A stretch of DNA of 46,288 nucleotides from the sequence record NC_049950.1; one strand, 5' to 3'. Positions 1 through 14,158 of the stretch are shown here, piece by piece (position 1 is the stretch's first letter; each line of letters opens with the position of its first letter). Source of the DNA: Escherichia phage 2H10. The position numbers and the translations under genes were made by a program. The notes under the pieces are model-generated. The model worked only from the letters and a program-made list of their open reading frames with translations. It was not told the origin of the DNA and made no database searches.

Positions 1-101
1 GTATAGAACATCAAGTGTCTCTGGAAGCATTCAGGGCAATTGAGGCAGCGTTGGTGAAGCACGATAAGAATTCGAAGGATTATTCCCTGGTGGTTGACTG
101 A
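1..101 (+). CDS. 3' part of a small ORF that starts at 46183 and crosses the window junction (positional equivalent of the Qin gene after gnsB)
   Basis: The frame opened by ATG 46183 continues through bases 1-2 and stays open to TGA 99-101. The joined product is 67 aa (68 codons counting the stop). Confidence 0.6.
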   Translation, partial: IEHQVSLEAFRAIEAALVKHDKNSKDYSLVVD

Positions 102-351
102 TCACCATAACTGCTAACCATTCAAACTATTTCACCTGTGACAGAGTCAATATCGCATTCTGTCACTGTCAGGCTAATACAGAACTACAATTCAACTACT
201 GCAATGCCTCGTAATTAGGTGAATTTACAATATCGTCCTGTTCGGATGCCAACTGCATTTCTGAGGATAAGGCGTTTATGACTCACATATTTGTCCCACA
301 CGCTCGCCAGTCCTGTGCGGGGTGGGAGGGGAGGTAAAGAAACCGGGATAT

Positions 352-546
352 TCATTCTTCATCACTTTTGATTGATGTATATGCTCTCTTTTCTGACGTT
401 AGTCTCCGACGGCAGGCTTCAATGACCCAGGCTGAGAAATTCCCGGACCCTTTTTGATCAAGAGCGATGTTAATTTGTTCAATCATTTGGTTAGGAAAGC
501 GGATGTTGCGGGTTGTTGTTCTGCGGGTTCTGTTCTTCGTTGACAT
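352..546 (-). CDS. Small basic DNA-binding-like protein (YnfO/YlcI-like; same position as the small ORF at the lambda right end)
   Basis: 64-aa ORF with Arg/Thr-rich N-terminus MSTKNRTRRTTTRNIRFP followed by a short helical segment. It lies just upstream of cos, as in lambda and Qin. Family name is from memory. Confidence 0.6.
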   Translation of the reverse strand: MSTKNRTRRTTTRNIRFPNQMIEQINIALDQKGSGNFSAWVIEACRRRLTSEKRAYTSIKSDEE

Positions 547-713
547 GAGGTTGTCCCGTATTCAGCGTCGCTGATTTGTATTGTCTGAAGTTGTTTTTAC
601 GTTAAGTTGATGCAGATCAATTAATACGATACCTGCGTCATAATTGATTATTTGACGTGGTTTGATGGCGTAGATGCACGTTGTGACATGTAGATGATAA
701 TTATTATCATTTT

Positions 714-915
714 GCGGGTCCTTTCCGGCGATCCGACAGGTTACGGGGCGGCGACCTCGCGGGTTTTCGCTATTTATGAAAATTTTCCGGTTTAAGGTGT
801 TTCCGTTCTTCTTCGTCGTAACTTAATGTTTTTATTTAAAATACCCCCTGAAAAGAAAGGAAACGACAGGTGCTGAAAACGGGCTTTTTGGCCTTTGTCG
901 TTTCCTTTCTCTGTT
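714..915 (+). other. cos packaging site (cosQ, cosN, cosB with R3/R2/R1 terminase-binding repeats)
   Basis: Near-identical to the joined lambda ends: ...tcctttccggcgatccgacaggttacg | GGGCGGCGACCTcgcgggttttcgctatttatg... R-type repeats are gtttccgttcttc (~797-815), gaaaggaaacgac (~853-868) and gtcgtttcctttctc (~897-912). Confidence 0.9.
746..757 (+). other. cosN 12-nt cohesive-end sequence GGGCGGCGACCT
   Basis: Exact match to the lambda left cohesive end. Confidence 0.9.
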
Positions 916-934
916 TTTGTCCGTGGAATGAACA

Positions 935-1454
935 ATGGAAGTCAACAAAAAGCAGCTGGCTGACATTTTCGGTGCGAGTATCCGTACCATTCAGAACTGG
1001 CAGGAACAGGGAATGCCCGTTCTGCGAGGCGGTGGCAAGGGTAATGAGGTGCTTTATGACTCTGCCGCCGTTATAAAATGGTATGCCGAAAGGGATGCTG
1101 AAATTGAGAACGAAAAGCTGCGCCGGGAAGTTGAAGAACTGCGGCAGGCCAGCGAGACAGATCTCCAGCCAGGGACTATTGAGTACGAACGCCATCGACT
1201 TACGCGTGCGCAGGCCGACGCACAGGAACTGAAGAATGCCAGAGACTCAGCTGAAGTGGTGGAAACCGCATTCTGTACTTTCGTGCTGTCGCGGATCGCA
1301 GGTGAAATTGCCAGTATTCTCGACGGGATCCCCCTGTCGGTGCAGCGGCGTTTTCCGGAACTGGAAAACCGACATGTTGATTTCCTGAAACGGGATATCA
1401 TCAAAGCCATGAACAAAGCAGCCGCGCTGGATGAACTGATACCGGGGTTGCTGA

Positions 1455-1480
<26 letters not shown>
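935..1480 (+). CDS. nu1: Terminase small subunit
   Basis: 181 aa, MEVNKKQLADIFGASIRTIQNWQEQGMPV..., recognised as lambda Nu1. It lies directly after cosB. Confidence 0.95.
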
Positions 1481-5161
<3,681 letters not shown>

Positions 5162-5181
<20 letters not shown>

Positions 5182-6481
5182 TCTCCCGCATATTGCCAGC
5201 ATGGCTTTTAATGAGCCGCTGATGCTTGAACCCGCCTATGCGCGGGTTTTCTTTTGTGCGCTTGCAGGCCAGCTTGGGATCAGCCGCCTGACGGATGCAG
5301 TATCCGGCGACAGCCTGACTGCCGGAGAGGCACCCGCGGCGCTGGCGTTATCCGGTGATGATGACGGACCACGACAGGCCCGCAGTTATCAGGTCATGAA
5401 CGGCATCGCCGTGCTGCCGGTGTCCGGTACGCTGGTCAGCCGGACGCGGGCGCTGCAGCCGTATTCGGGAATGACCGGTTACAACGGCATTATCGCCCGT
5501 CTGCAACAGGCTGCCAGCGATCCGATGGTGGACGGCATTCTGCTGGATATGGACACACCGGGCGGGATGGTGGCGGGAGCATTTGACTGTGCTGACATCA
5601 TCGCCCGTGTGCGAGACATAAAACCGGTATGGGCGCTGGCCAACGACATGAACTGCAGTGCAGGTCAGCTGCTTGCCAGCGCCGCCTCCCGGCGTCTGGT
5701 CACGCAGACCGCCCGGACAGGCTCCATCGGCGTCATGATGGCTCACAGTAATTACGGTGCTGCGCTGGAGAAACAGGGCGTGGAAATCACGCTGATTTAC
5801 AGCGGCAGCCATAAGGTGGATGGCAACCCCTACAGCCATCTACCGGATGATGTCCGGGAAACACTGCAGTCCCGGATGGATGCAACCCGCCGGATGTTTG
5901 CACAGAAGGTGTCGGCATATACCGGCCTGTCCGTGCAGGCTGTGCTGGATACCGAGGCTGCAGTGTACAGCGGTCAGGAGGCCATTGATGCCGGACTGGC
6001 TGATGAACTTGTTAACAGTACCGATGCGATCACCGTCATGCGTGATGCACTGGATGCACGTAAATCCCGTCTCTCAGGAGGGCGAATGACCAAAGAGACT
6101 CAATCAACAACTGTTTCAGCCACTGCTTCGCAGGCTGACGTTACTGGCGTGGTGCAAGCGACGGAGGGCGAGAACGCCAGCGCTGCGCAGCCGGACGTGA
6201 ACGCGCAGATCACCGCAGCGGTTGCGGCAGAAAACAGTCGCATTATGGGGATCCTCAACTGTGAGGAGGCTCACGGACGCGAAGAACAGGCACGCGTGCT
6301 GGCCGAAACCCCCGGTATGACCGTGGAAACGGCCCGCCGTATTCTGGCTGCAGCACCACAGAGTGCACAGGCGCGCAGTGACACTGCGCTGGATCGTCTG
6401 ATGCAGGGGGCACCGGCACCGCTGGCTGCAGGTAACCCGGCATCTGATGCCGTTAACGATTTGCTGAACACACCAGTGTAA
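5162..6481 (+). CDS. C: Head maturation protease / scaffold C (S49 ClpP-like)
   Basis: GTG start at 5162 gives VTAELRNLPHIASMAFNEP... (439 aa), the same length as lambda gpC. 20-nt overlap with B as in lambda. The upstream part of the 484-aa ORF is out-of-gene read-through. Confidence 0.9.
5876..6481 (+). CDS. nu3: Scaffolding protein Nu3 (in-frame internal start within C)
   Basis: ATG at 5876 (MDATRRMFAQK...) lies 714 nt into C, the same nesting as lambda Nu3. Confidence 0.8.
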   Translation: MDATRRMFAQKVSAYTGLSVQAVLDTEAAVYSGQEAIDAGLADELVNSTDAITVMRDALDARKSRLSGGRMTKETQSTTVSATASQADVTGVVQATEGENASAAQPDVNAQITAAVAAENSRIMGILNCEEAHGREEQARVLAETPGMTVETARRILAAAPQSAQARSDTALDRLMQGAPAPLAAGNPASDAVNDLLNTPV

Positions 6482-6490
6482 GGGATGTTT

Positions 6491-6823
6491 ATGACGAGCA
6501 AAGAAACCTTTACCCATTACCAGCCGCTGGGCAACAGTGACCCGGCTCATACCGCAACCGCGCCCGGCGGATTGAGTGCGAAAGCGCCTGCAATGACCCC
6601 GCTGATGCTGAACACCTCCACCCGTAAGCTGGTTGCGTGGGATGGCACCACCGACGGTGCTGCCGTTGGCATTCTTGCGGTTGCTGCTGACCAGACCAGC
6701 ACCACACTGACGTTCTACAAGTCCGGCACGTTCCGTTATGAGGATGTGCTCTGGCCGGAGGCTGCCAGCGACGAGACGAAAAAACGGACCGCGTTTGCCG
6801 GAACGGCAATCAGCATCGTTTAA
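6491..6823 (+). CDS. D: Head decoration protein D
   Basis: [12 protein letters not shown]...AISIV, 110 aa as lambda gpD. Confidence 0.95.
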   Translation: MTSKETFTHYQPLGNSDPAHTATAPGGLSAKAPAMTPLMLNTSTRKLVAWDGTTDGAAVGILAVAADQTSTTLTFYKSGTFRYEDVLWPEAASDETKKRTAFAGTAISIV

Positions 6824-6840
6824 CCTTACCCTTCATCACT

Positions 6841-6866
6841 AAAGGCCGCCTGTGCGGCTTTTTTTA
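6841..6866 (+). terminator. Hairpin plus T-run between D and E (attenuator-like)
   Basis: aaaGGCCGCctgtGCGGCttttttt. Confidence 0.4.
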
Positions 6867-6878
6867 CGGGATTTTTTT

Positions 6879-7904
6879 ATGTCGATGTACACAACCGCCC
6901 AGCTGCTGGCGGCAAATGAGAAGAAATTTAAGTTTGATCCGCTGTTTCTGCGTCTCTTTTTCCGTGAGAGCTATCCCTTCACCACGGAGAAAGTCTATCT
7001 CTCACAAATTCCGGGACTGGTAAACATGGCGCTGTACGTTTCGCCGATTGTTTCCGGTGAGGTTATCCGCTCCCGTGGCGGCTCCACCTCTGAATTTACA
7101 CCGGGATATGTCAAGCCGAAGCATGAGGTGAATCCGCAGATGACCCTGCGTCGCCTGCCGGATGAAGATCCGCAGAATCTGGCGGACCCGGCTTACCGCC
7201 GCCGTCGCATCATCATGCAGAACATGCGAGACGAAGAGCTGGCCATTGCTCAGGTCGAAGAGATGCAGGCAGTTTCTGCCGTGCTTAAGGGCAAATACAC
7301 CATGACCGGTGAAGCCTTCGATCCGGTTGAAGTGGATATGGGCCGCAGTGCGGCGAACAACATCACACAGTCCGGCGGCACGGAGTGGAGCAAGCGTGAC
7401 AAGTCCACGTATGACCCGACCGACGATATCGAAGCCTACGCGCTGAACGCCAGCGGTGTGGTGAATATCATCGTGTTCGATCCGAAAGGCTGGGCGCTGT
7501 TCCGTTCCTTCAAAGCCGTCAGGGAGAAGCTGGATACCCGTCGCGGCTCTCATTCCGAGCTGGAGACAGCGGTAAAAGACCTGGGCGAAGCGGTGTCCTA
7601 TAAGGGGATGTATGGCGATGTGGCGATCGTCGTGTATTCCGGACAGTACGTGGAAAACGACGTCAAAAAGAACTTCCTGCCGGACAACACGATGGTGCTG
7701 GGGAACACTCAGGCACGCGGTCTGCGCACCTATGGCTGCATTCAGGATGCGGACGCACAGCGCGAAGGCATTAACGCCTCTGCCCGCTACCCGAAAAACT
7801 GGGTGACCACCGGCGATCCGGCGCGTGAGTTCACCATGATTCAGTCAGCACCGCTGATGCTGCTGGCTGACCCTGATGCGTTCGTGTCCGTACAACTGGC
7901 GTAA
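6879..7904 (+). CDS. E: Major capsid protein E
   Basis: MSMYTTAQLLAANE..., 341 aa from this start, as lambda gpE. Confidence 0.95.
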   Translation: MSMYTTAQLLAANEKKFKFDPLFLRLFFRESYPFTTEKVYLSQIPGLVNMALYVSPIVSGEVIRSRGGSTSEFTPGYVKPKHEVNPQMTLRRLPDEDPQNLADPAYRRRRIIMQNMRDEELAIAQVEEMQAVSAVLKGKYTMTGEAFDPVEVDMGRSAANNITQSGGTEWSKRDKSTYDPTDDIEAYALNASGVVNIIVFDPKGWALFRSFKAVREKLDTRRGSHSELETAVKDLGEAVSYKGMYGDVAIVVYSGQYVENDVKKNFLPDNTMVLGNTQARGLRTYGCIQDADAQREGINASARYPKNWVTTGDPAREFTMIQSAPLMLLADPDAFVSVQLA

Positions 7905-7945
7905 TCGTGGCCCTTCGGGGCCATTTTCTCTCTGTGGAGGAGTCC

Positions 7946-8341
7946 ATGACGAAAGATGAACTGATTGCCCGTCTCCGGTCGCTGGGTGAGCAACTGAACC
8001 GTGATGTCAGCCTGACGGGGACGAAAGAAGAACTGGCGCTCCGTGTGGCAGAGCTGGAAGAAGAGCTTGATGACACGGATGACGCTGCCGGTCAGGATAC
8101 CCCTCTCAGACCGGAAAATGCGATGACCGGACATGAAAATGAGGTGGTATCAGCACAGACGGATACCGTGACTGATACGGCTGCTCTGGTCACGGTTGTG
8201 GCACTGGTGACGCTGCATACCGATGCACTTCACGCCACGCGGGATGAACCTGTGGCATTTGTGCTGCCGGGAACGGCGTTTCGTGTCTCTGCCGGTGTGG
8301 CAGCCGAAATGACAGAACGTGGCCTGGCCAGAATGCAATAA
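7946..8341 (+). CDS. FI: DNA-packaging protein FI
   Basis: MTKDELIARLRSLGEQLNRDVSLTG..., lambda gpFI (131 aa here). Confidence 0.9.
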   Translation: MTKDELIARLRSLGEQLNRDVSLTGTKEELALRVAELEEELDDTDDAAGQDTPLRPENAMTGHENEVVSAQTDTVTDTAALVTVVALVTLHTDALHATRDEPVAFVLPGTAFRVSAGVAAEMTERGLARMQ

Positions 8342-8352
8342 CGGGAGGCGCT

Positions 8353-8706
8353 GTGGCTGATTTTGATAACCTGTTCGATGCTGCCATTGCCCGCGCCGAT
8401 GAAACGATACGCGGGTACATGGGAACGTCAGCCACCATGACATCCGGTGAGCAGTCCGGCGCAGTAATACGTGGTGTTTTTGATGACCCTGAAAATATCA
8501 GCTATGCCGGACAGGGCGTACGCGTTGAAGGCTCCAGCCCGTCCCTGTTTGTCCGGACTGATGATGTGCGGCAACTGCGGCGTGGAGACACGCTGACCAT
8601 CGGTGAGGAAAACTTCTGGATAGACCGGGTTTCGCCGGATGATGGTGGAAGCTGTCATCTCTGGCTTGGGCGGGGCGTACCGCCTGCCGTTAACCGTCGC
8701 CGCTGA
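8353..8706 (+). CDS. FII: Head-tail connector FII
   Basis: GTG start, ADFDNLFDAAIARADETIRGYMG..., 117 aa as lambda gpFII. Confidence 0.9.
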   Translation: MADFDNLFDAAIARADETIRGYMGTSATMTSGEQSGAVIRGVFDDPENISYAGQGVRVEGSSPSLFVRTDDVRQLRRGDTLTIGEENFWIDRVSPDDGGSCHLWLGRGVPPAVNRRR

Positions 8707-8717
8707 AAGGGGGATGT

Positions 8718-9296
8718 ATGGCCATAAAAGGTCTTGAGCAGGCCGTTGAAAACCTCAGCCGTATCAGCAAAACGGCGGTGCCTGGTGCCGCCGCAATGGC
8801 CATTAACCGCGTTGCTTCATCCGCGATATCGCAGTCGGCGTCACAGGTTGCCCGTGAGACAAAGGTACGCCGGAAACTGGTAAAGGAAAGGGCCTGGCTG
8901 AAAAGGGCCACGGTCAAAAATCCGCAGGCCAGAATCAAAGTTAACCGGGGGGATTTGCCCCTAATCAAGCTGGGTAATGCGCGGGTTGTCCTTTCGCGCC
9001 GCAGGCGTCGTAAAAAGGGGCAGCGTTCATCCCTGAAAGGTGGCGGCAGCGTGCTTGTGGTGGGAAACCGTCGTATTCCCGGCGCGTTTATTCAGCAACT
9101 GAAAAATGGCCGCTGGCATGTTATGCAGCGTGTGGCCGGGAAAAATCGTTACCCCATTGATGTGGTGAAAATTCCGATGGCGGTGCCGCTGACCACGGCG
9201 TTTAAACAGAATATTGAGCGGATACGGCGTGAGCGTCTTCCGAAAGAGCTGGGCTATGCGCTGCAGCATCAACTGAGGATGGTAATAAAGCGATGA
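8718..9296 (+). CDS. Z: Minor tail protein Z
   Basis: 192 aa, lambda gpZ position and size. Confidence 0.9.
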   Translation: MAIKGLEQAVENLSRISKTAVPGAAAMAINRVASSAISQSASQVARETKVRRKLVKERAWLKRATVKNPQARIKVNRGDLPLIKLGNARVVLSRRRRRKKGQRSSLKGGGSVLVVGNRRIPGAFIQQLKNGRWHVMQRVAGKNRYPIDVVKIPMAVPLTTAFKQNIERIRRERLPKELGYALQHQLRMVIKR

Positions 9297-9688
9297 AACA
9301 TACTGAACTCCGTGCAGCCGTACTGGATGCACTGGAGAAGCATGACACCGGGGCGACGTTTTTTGATGGTCGCCCCGCTGTTTTTGATGAGGCGGATTTT
9401 CCGGCAGTTGCCGTTTATCTCACCGGCGCTGAATACACGGGCGAAGAGCTGGACAGCGATACCTGGCAGGCGGAGCTGCATATCGAAGTTTTCCTGCCTG
9501 CTCAGGTGCCGGATTCAGAGCTGGATGCGTGGATGGAGTCCCGGATTTATCCGGTGATGAGCGATATCCCGGCACTATCAGATTTGATCACCAGTATGGT
9601 GGCCAGTGGCTATGACTACCGGCGCGACGATGATGCGGGCCTGTGGAGTTCAGCCGATCTGACGTATGTCATTACCTATGAAATGTGA
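9293..9688 (+). CDS. U: Tail terminator protein U
   Basis: 131 aa, lambda gpU position and size. Confidence 0.9.
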   Translation: MKHTELRAAVLDALEKHDTGATFFDGRPAVFDEADFPAVAVYLTGAEYTGEELDSDTWQAELHIEVFLPAQVPDSELDAWMESRIYPVMSDIPALSDLITSMVASGYDYRRDDDAGLWSSADLTYVITYEM

Positions 9689-9695
9689 GGACGAT

Positions 9696-10436
9696 ATGCC
9701 TGTACCAAATCCAGCAATACCGGTGAAAGGTGCCGGAACCACCCTGTGGGTTTATAACGGGAGCGGCGACCCTTATGCGAACCCGCTTTCAGACGTTGAC
9801 TGGTCGCGTCTGGCTAAAGTTAAAGACCTGACGCCCGGCGAACTGACCGCTGAGTCCTATGACGACAGTTATCTCGATGATGAAGATGCGGACTGGACCG
9901 CGACCGGGCAGGGGCAGAAATCCGCCGGAGATACCAGCTTCACGCTGGCGTGGATGCCCGGAGAGCAGGGGCAGCAGGCGCTGCTGGCGTGGTTTAATGA
10001 AGGTGATACCCGTGCCTATAAAATCCGCTTCCCGAACGGCACGGTCGATGTGTTCCGTGGCTGGGTGAGCAGTATCGGTAAGGCGGTGACGGCGAAGGAA
10101 GTGATCACCCGTACGGTGAAGGTCACCAATGTGGGCCGTCCGTCAATGGCAGAAGATCGCAGTACGGTGACGGCGGCAACCGGTATGACTGTGACGCCTG
10201 CCAGCTCCTCGGTGGTGAAAGGGCAGAGCACCACGCTGACCGTGGCATTCCAGCCGGAGGGCGCAACTGACAAGAGCTTCCGTGCGGTGTCAGCGGATAA
10301 AACAAAAGCCACCGTGTCGGTCAGTGGTATGACCATCACCGTGAAAGGCGTTGCTGCAGGTAAGGTCAACATTCCGGTTGTATCCGGTAATGGTGAACTT
10401 GCTGCGGTTGCAGAAATCACTGTCACCGACAGTTAA
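9696..10436 (+). CDS. V: Major tail tube protein V (with C-terminal Ig-like domain)
   Basis: [20 protein letters not shown]..., 246 aa as lambda gpV. Confidence 0.95.
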   Translation: MPVPNPAIPVKGAGTTLWVYNGSGDPYANPLSDVDWSRLAKVKDLTPGELTAESYDDSYLDDEDADWTATGQGQKSAGDTSFTLAWMPGEQGQQALLAWFNEGDTRAYKIRFPNGTVDVFRGWVSSIGKAVTAKEVITRTVKVTNVGRPSMAEDRSTVTAATGMTVTPASSSVVKGQSTTLTVAFQPEGATDKSFRAVSADKTKATVSVSGMTITVKGVAAGKVNIPVVSGNGELAAVAEITVTDS

Positions 10437-10451
10437 TCCGGAGAGTCAGCG

Positions 10452-10874
10452 ATGTTCCTGAAAACCGAATCATTTGAACATAACGGCGTGACCGTCACGC
10501 TTTCTGAACTGTCAGCCCTGCAGCGTATTGAGCATCTCGCCCTGATGAAACGGCAGGCAGAACAGGCGGAGTCAGACAGCAACCGGAAGTTTACTGTGGA
10601 AGACGCCATCAGAACCGGCGCGTTTCTGGTGGCGATGTCCCTGTGGCATAACCATCCGCAGAAGACGCAGATGCCGTCCATGAATGAAGCCGTTAAACAG
10701 ATTGAGCAGGAAGTGCTTACCACCTGGCCCACGGAGGCAATTTCTCATGCTGAAAACGTGGTGTACCGGCTGTCTGGTATGTATGAGTTTGTGGTGAATA
10801 ATGCCCCTGAACAGACAGAGGACGCCGGGCCCGCAGAGCCTGTTTCTGCGGGAAAGTGTTCGACGGTGAGCTGA
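10452..10874 (+). CDS. G: Tail assembly chaperone G
   Basis: 140 aa, lambda gpG. Confidence 0.9.
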   Translation: MFLKTESFEHNGVTVTLSELSALQRIEHLALMKRQAEQAESDSNRKFTVEDAIRTGAFLVAMSLWHNHPQKTQMPSMNEAVKQIEQEVLTTWPTEAISHAENVVYRLSGMYEFVVNNAPEQTEDAGPAEPVSAGKCSTVS

Positions 10875-11290
10875 GTTTTGCCCTGAAACTGGCGCGTGAG
10901 ATGGGGCGACCCGACTGGCGTGCCATGCTTGCCGGGATGTCATCCACGGAGTATGCCGACTGGCACCGCTTTTACAGTACCCATTATTTTCATGATGTTC
11001 TGCTGGATATGCACTTTTCCGGGCTGACGTACACCGTGCTCAGCCTGTTTTTCAGCGATCCGGATATGCATCCGCTGGATTTCAGTCTGCTGAACCGGCG
11101 CGAGGCTGACGAAGAGCCTGAAGATGATGTGCTGATGCAGAAAGCGGCAGGGCTTGCCGGAGGCGTCCGCTTTGGCCCGGACGGGAATGAAGTTATCCCC
11201 GCTTCCCCGGATGTGGCGGACATGACGGAGGATGACGTAATGCTGATGACAGTATCAGAAGGGATCGCAGGAGGAGTCCGGTATGGCTGA
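10452..11290 (+). CDS. T: Tail assembly chaperone G-T fusion (frameshift product; T frame 10856..11290)
   Basis: The 144-aa T-frame ORF lacks its own RBS and overlaps the G end. This is the lambda gpGT architecture. Confidence 0.8.
10850..10856 (+). promoter_or_regulatory. Programmed -1 frameshift slippery heptamer GGGAAAG (G to G-T)
   Basis: G GGA AAG lies near the end of G. The T frame (10856..11290) is open in -1, exactly as in lambda. Confidence 0.85.
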
Positions 11291-13832
11291 ACCGGTAGGC
11301 GATCTGGTCGTTGATTTGAGTCTGGATGCGGCCAGATTTGACGAGCAGATGGCCAGAGTCAGGCGTCATTTTTCCGGTACGGAAAGTGATGCGAAAAAAA
11401 CAGCGGCAGTCGTTGAACAGTCGCTGAGCCGACAGGCGCTGGCTGCACAGAAAGCGGGGATTTCCGTCGGGCAGTATAAAGCCGCCATGCGTATGCTGCC
11501 TGCACAGTTCACCGACGTGGCCACGCAGCTTGCAGGCGGGCAAAGTCCGTGGCTGATCCTGCTGCAACAGGGGGGGCAGGTGAAGGACTCCTTCGGCGGG
11601 ATGATCCCCATGTTCAGGGGGCTTGCCGGTGCGATCAACCTGCCGATGGTGGGGGCCACCTCGCTGGCGGTGGCGACCGGTGCGCTGGCGTATGCCTGGT
11701 ATCAGGGCAACTCAACCCTGTCCGATTTCAACAAAACGCTGGTCCTTTCCGGCAATCAGGCGGGACTGACGGCAGATCGTATGCTGGTCCTGTCCAGAGC
11801 CGGGCAGGCGGCAGGGCTGACGTTTAACCAGACCAGCGAGTCACTCAGCGCACTGGTTAAGGCGGGAGTAAGCGGTGAGGCTCAGATTGCATCCATCAGC
11901 CAGAGTGTGGCGCGTTTCTCCTCTGCATCCGGCGTGGAGGTGGACAAGGTCGCTGAAGCCTTCGGGAAGCTGACCACAGACCCGACGTCAGGGCTGACAG
12001 CGATGGCACGCCAGTTCCATAACGTGACGGCGGAGCAGATTGCGTATGTTGCTCAGTTGCAGCGTTCCGGCGATGAAGCCGGGGCATTGCAGGCGGCGAA
12101 CGAGGCCGCGACGAAAGGGTTTGATGACCAGACCCGCCGCCTGAAAGAGAACATGGGTACGCTGGAGACCTGGGCAGACAGGACAGCACGGGCATTCAAA
12201 TCCATGTGGGATGCGGTGCTGGATATTGGTCGTCCTGATACCGCTCAGGAGATGCTGATTAAGGCAGAGGCTGCGTTTAAGAAAGCGGACGACATCTGGA
12301 ATCTGCGCAAGGATGATTATTTTGTTAACGATGAAGCGCGGGCGCGTTACTGGGATGATCGTGAAAAGGCCCGTCTTGCGCTTGAAGCCGCCCGAAAGAA
12401 GGCTGAACAGCAGAGTCAACAGGACAAAAATGCGCAGCAGCAGAGCGATACCGAAGCATCACGGCTGAAATATACCGAAGAGGCGCAGAAGGCTTACGAA
12501 CGGCTGCAGACACCGCTGGAGAAATATACCGCCCGTCAGGAAGAACTGAACAAGGCACTGAAAGACGGGAAAATCCTGCAGGCAGATTACAACACGCTGA
12601 TGGCGGCGGCGAAAAAGGATTATGAAGCGACGCTGAAAAAGCCGAAACAGTCCGGCGTGAAGGTGTCTGCGGGCGATCGTCAGGAAGACAGTGCTCATGC
12701 TGCCCTGCTGACGCTTCAGGCAGAACTCCGGACGCTGGAGAAGCATGCCGGAGCGAATGAGAAAATCAGCCAGCAGCGCCGGGATTTGTGGAAGGCGGAA
12801 AATCAGTTCGCGGTACTGGAGGAGGCGGCACAACGTCGCCAGCTATCCGCACAGGAGAAATCCCTGCTGGCGCATAAAGATGAGACGCTGGAGTACAAAC
12901 GCCAGCTGGCTGTACTTGGCGATAAGGTCACGTATCAGGAGCACCTGAACGCGCTGGCGCAGCAGGCGGATAAGTTCGCACAGCAACAACGGGCAAAACG
13001 GGCAGCCATTGAGGCGAAAAACCGGGGGCTTACTGACCGGCAGGCAGCGCGGGACGCCACGGAACAGCGTCTGAAGGAGCAGTATGGCGATAATCCGCTG
13101 GCGCTGAATAACGTCATGTCAGAGCAGAAAAAGACCTGGGCAGCTGAAGACCTGCTTCGCGGGAGCTGGATGGCTGGCCTCAAGTCCGGCTGGAGTGAGT
13201 GGGAAGAGAGCGCCACGGACAGTATGTCGCAGGTAAAAAGTGCAGCCACGCAGACCTTTGATGGTATTGCACAGAATATGGCGGCGATGCTGACCGGCAG
13301 TGAACAGAACTGGCGCAGCTTCACCCGTTCCGTGCTGTCCATGATGACAGAAATTCTGCTTAAGCAGGCAATGGTGGGGATTGTCGGGAGTATCGGCAGC
13401 GCCATTGGCGGCGGCGCATCAGCGTCAGGCGGTACAGCCATTCAGGCAGCTGCGGCGAAATTCCATTTTGCGGCCGGAGGGTTTACGGGAACCGGCGGCA
13501 AATATGAGCCAGCGGGGATTGTTCACCGTGGTGAATTTGTCTTCACGAAGGAGGCAACCAGCCGGATTGGCGTAGGAAATCTTTACCGGCTGATGCGCGG
13601 CTATGCCACCGGCGGTTATGTCGGTACACCGGGCAGCATGGCGGACAGCCGGTCGCAGGCGTCCGGGACGTTTGAGCAGAATAACCATGTGGTGATTAAC
13701 AACGACGGCACGAACGGTCAGATAGGGCCACAGGCACTGAAGGCGGTTTATGACGTAGCCCGTAAGGCGGCAATGGATGTTGTGACCGGGCAGATGCGCG
13801 ATGGTGGTCTGTTCTCCGGAGGTGGACGATGA
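11283..13832 (+). CDS. H: Tape measure protein H
   Basis: 849 aa, lambda gpH (853 aa by my recollection), same position. Confidence 0.95.
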   Translation: MAEPVGDLVVDLSLDAARFDEQMARVRRHFSGTESDAKKTAAVVEQSLSRQALAAQKAGISVGQYKAAMRMLPAQFTDVATQLAGGQSPWLILLQQGGQVKDSFGGMIPMFRGLAGAINLPMVGATSLAVATGALAYAWYQGNSTLSDFNKTLVLSGNQAGLTADRMLVLSRAGQAAGLTFNQTSESLSALVKAGVSGEAQIASISQSVARFSSASGVEVDKVAEAFGKLTTDPTSGLTAMARQFHNVTAEQIAYVAQLQRSGDEAGALQAANEAATKGFDDQTRRLKENMGTLETWADRTARAFKSMWDAVLDIGRPDTAQEMLIKAEAAFKKADDIWNLRKDDYFVNDEARARYWDDREKARLALEAARKKAEQQSQQDKNAQQQSDTEASRLKYTEEAQKAYERLQTPLEKYTARQEELNKALKDGKILQADYNTLMAAAKKDYEATLKKPKQSGVKVSAGDRQEDSAHAALLTLQAELRTLEKHAGANEKISQQRRDLWKAENQFAVLEEAAQRRQLSAQEKSLLAHKDETLEYKRQLAVLGDKVTYQEHLNALAQQADKFAQQQRAKRAAIEAKNRGLTDRQAARDATEQRLKEQYGDNPLALNNVMSEQKKTWAAEDLLRGSWMAGLKSGWSEWEESATDSMSQVKSAATQTFDGIAQNMAAMLTGSEQNWRSFTRSVLSMMTEILLKQAMVGIVGSIGSAIGGGASASGGTAIQAAAAKFHFAAGGFTGTGGKYEPAGIVHRGEFVFTKEATSRIGVGNLYRLMRGYATGGYVGTPGSMADSRSQASGTFEQNNHVVINNDGTNGQIGPQALKAVYDVARKAAMDVVTGQMRDGGLFSGGGR

Positions 13833-14158
13833 AAACCTTCCGCTGGAAAGTGAAACCCGGTATGGATGTGGCTTCGGCCCCTTCCGTAAGAAAGGTGCGC
13901 TTTGGTGATGGCTATTCCCAGCGAGCGCCTGCCGGGCTGAATGCCGACCTGAAAACGTACAGCGTGACGCTTTCTGTTCCCCGTTGGGAGGCCACGGCGC
14001 TTGAGTCGTTTCTGGCTGAGCACGGGGGCTGGAAATCCTTTCTGTGGACGCCGCCTTATGAGTGGCGGCAGATAAAGGTGACCTGCGCAAAATGGTCGTC
14101 GCGGGTCAGTATGCTGCGTGTTGAGTTCAGCGCAGAGTTTGAACAGGTGGTGAACTGA
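13829..14158 (+). CDS. M: Tail tip protein M
   Basis: 109 aa, lambda gpM. Confidence 0.9.
   Translation: MKTFRWKVKPGMDVASAPSVRKVRFGDGYSQRAPAGLNADLKTYSVTLSVPRWEATALESFLAEHGGWKSFLWTPPYEWRQIKVTCAKWSSRVSMLRVEFSAEFEQVVN

Noticed and set aside
166-182. CTGTcaggctaatACAG, a LexA-box-like sequence
   Set aside because: The spacer is 9 nt rather than 8, and the sequence is not positioned at a promoter.
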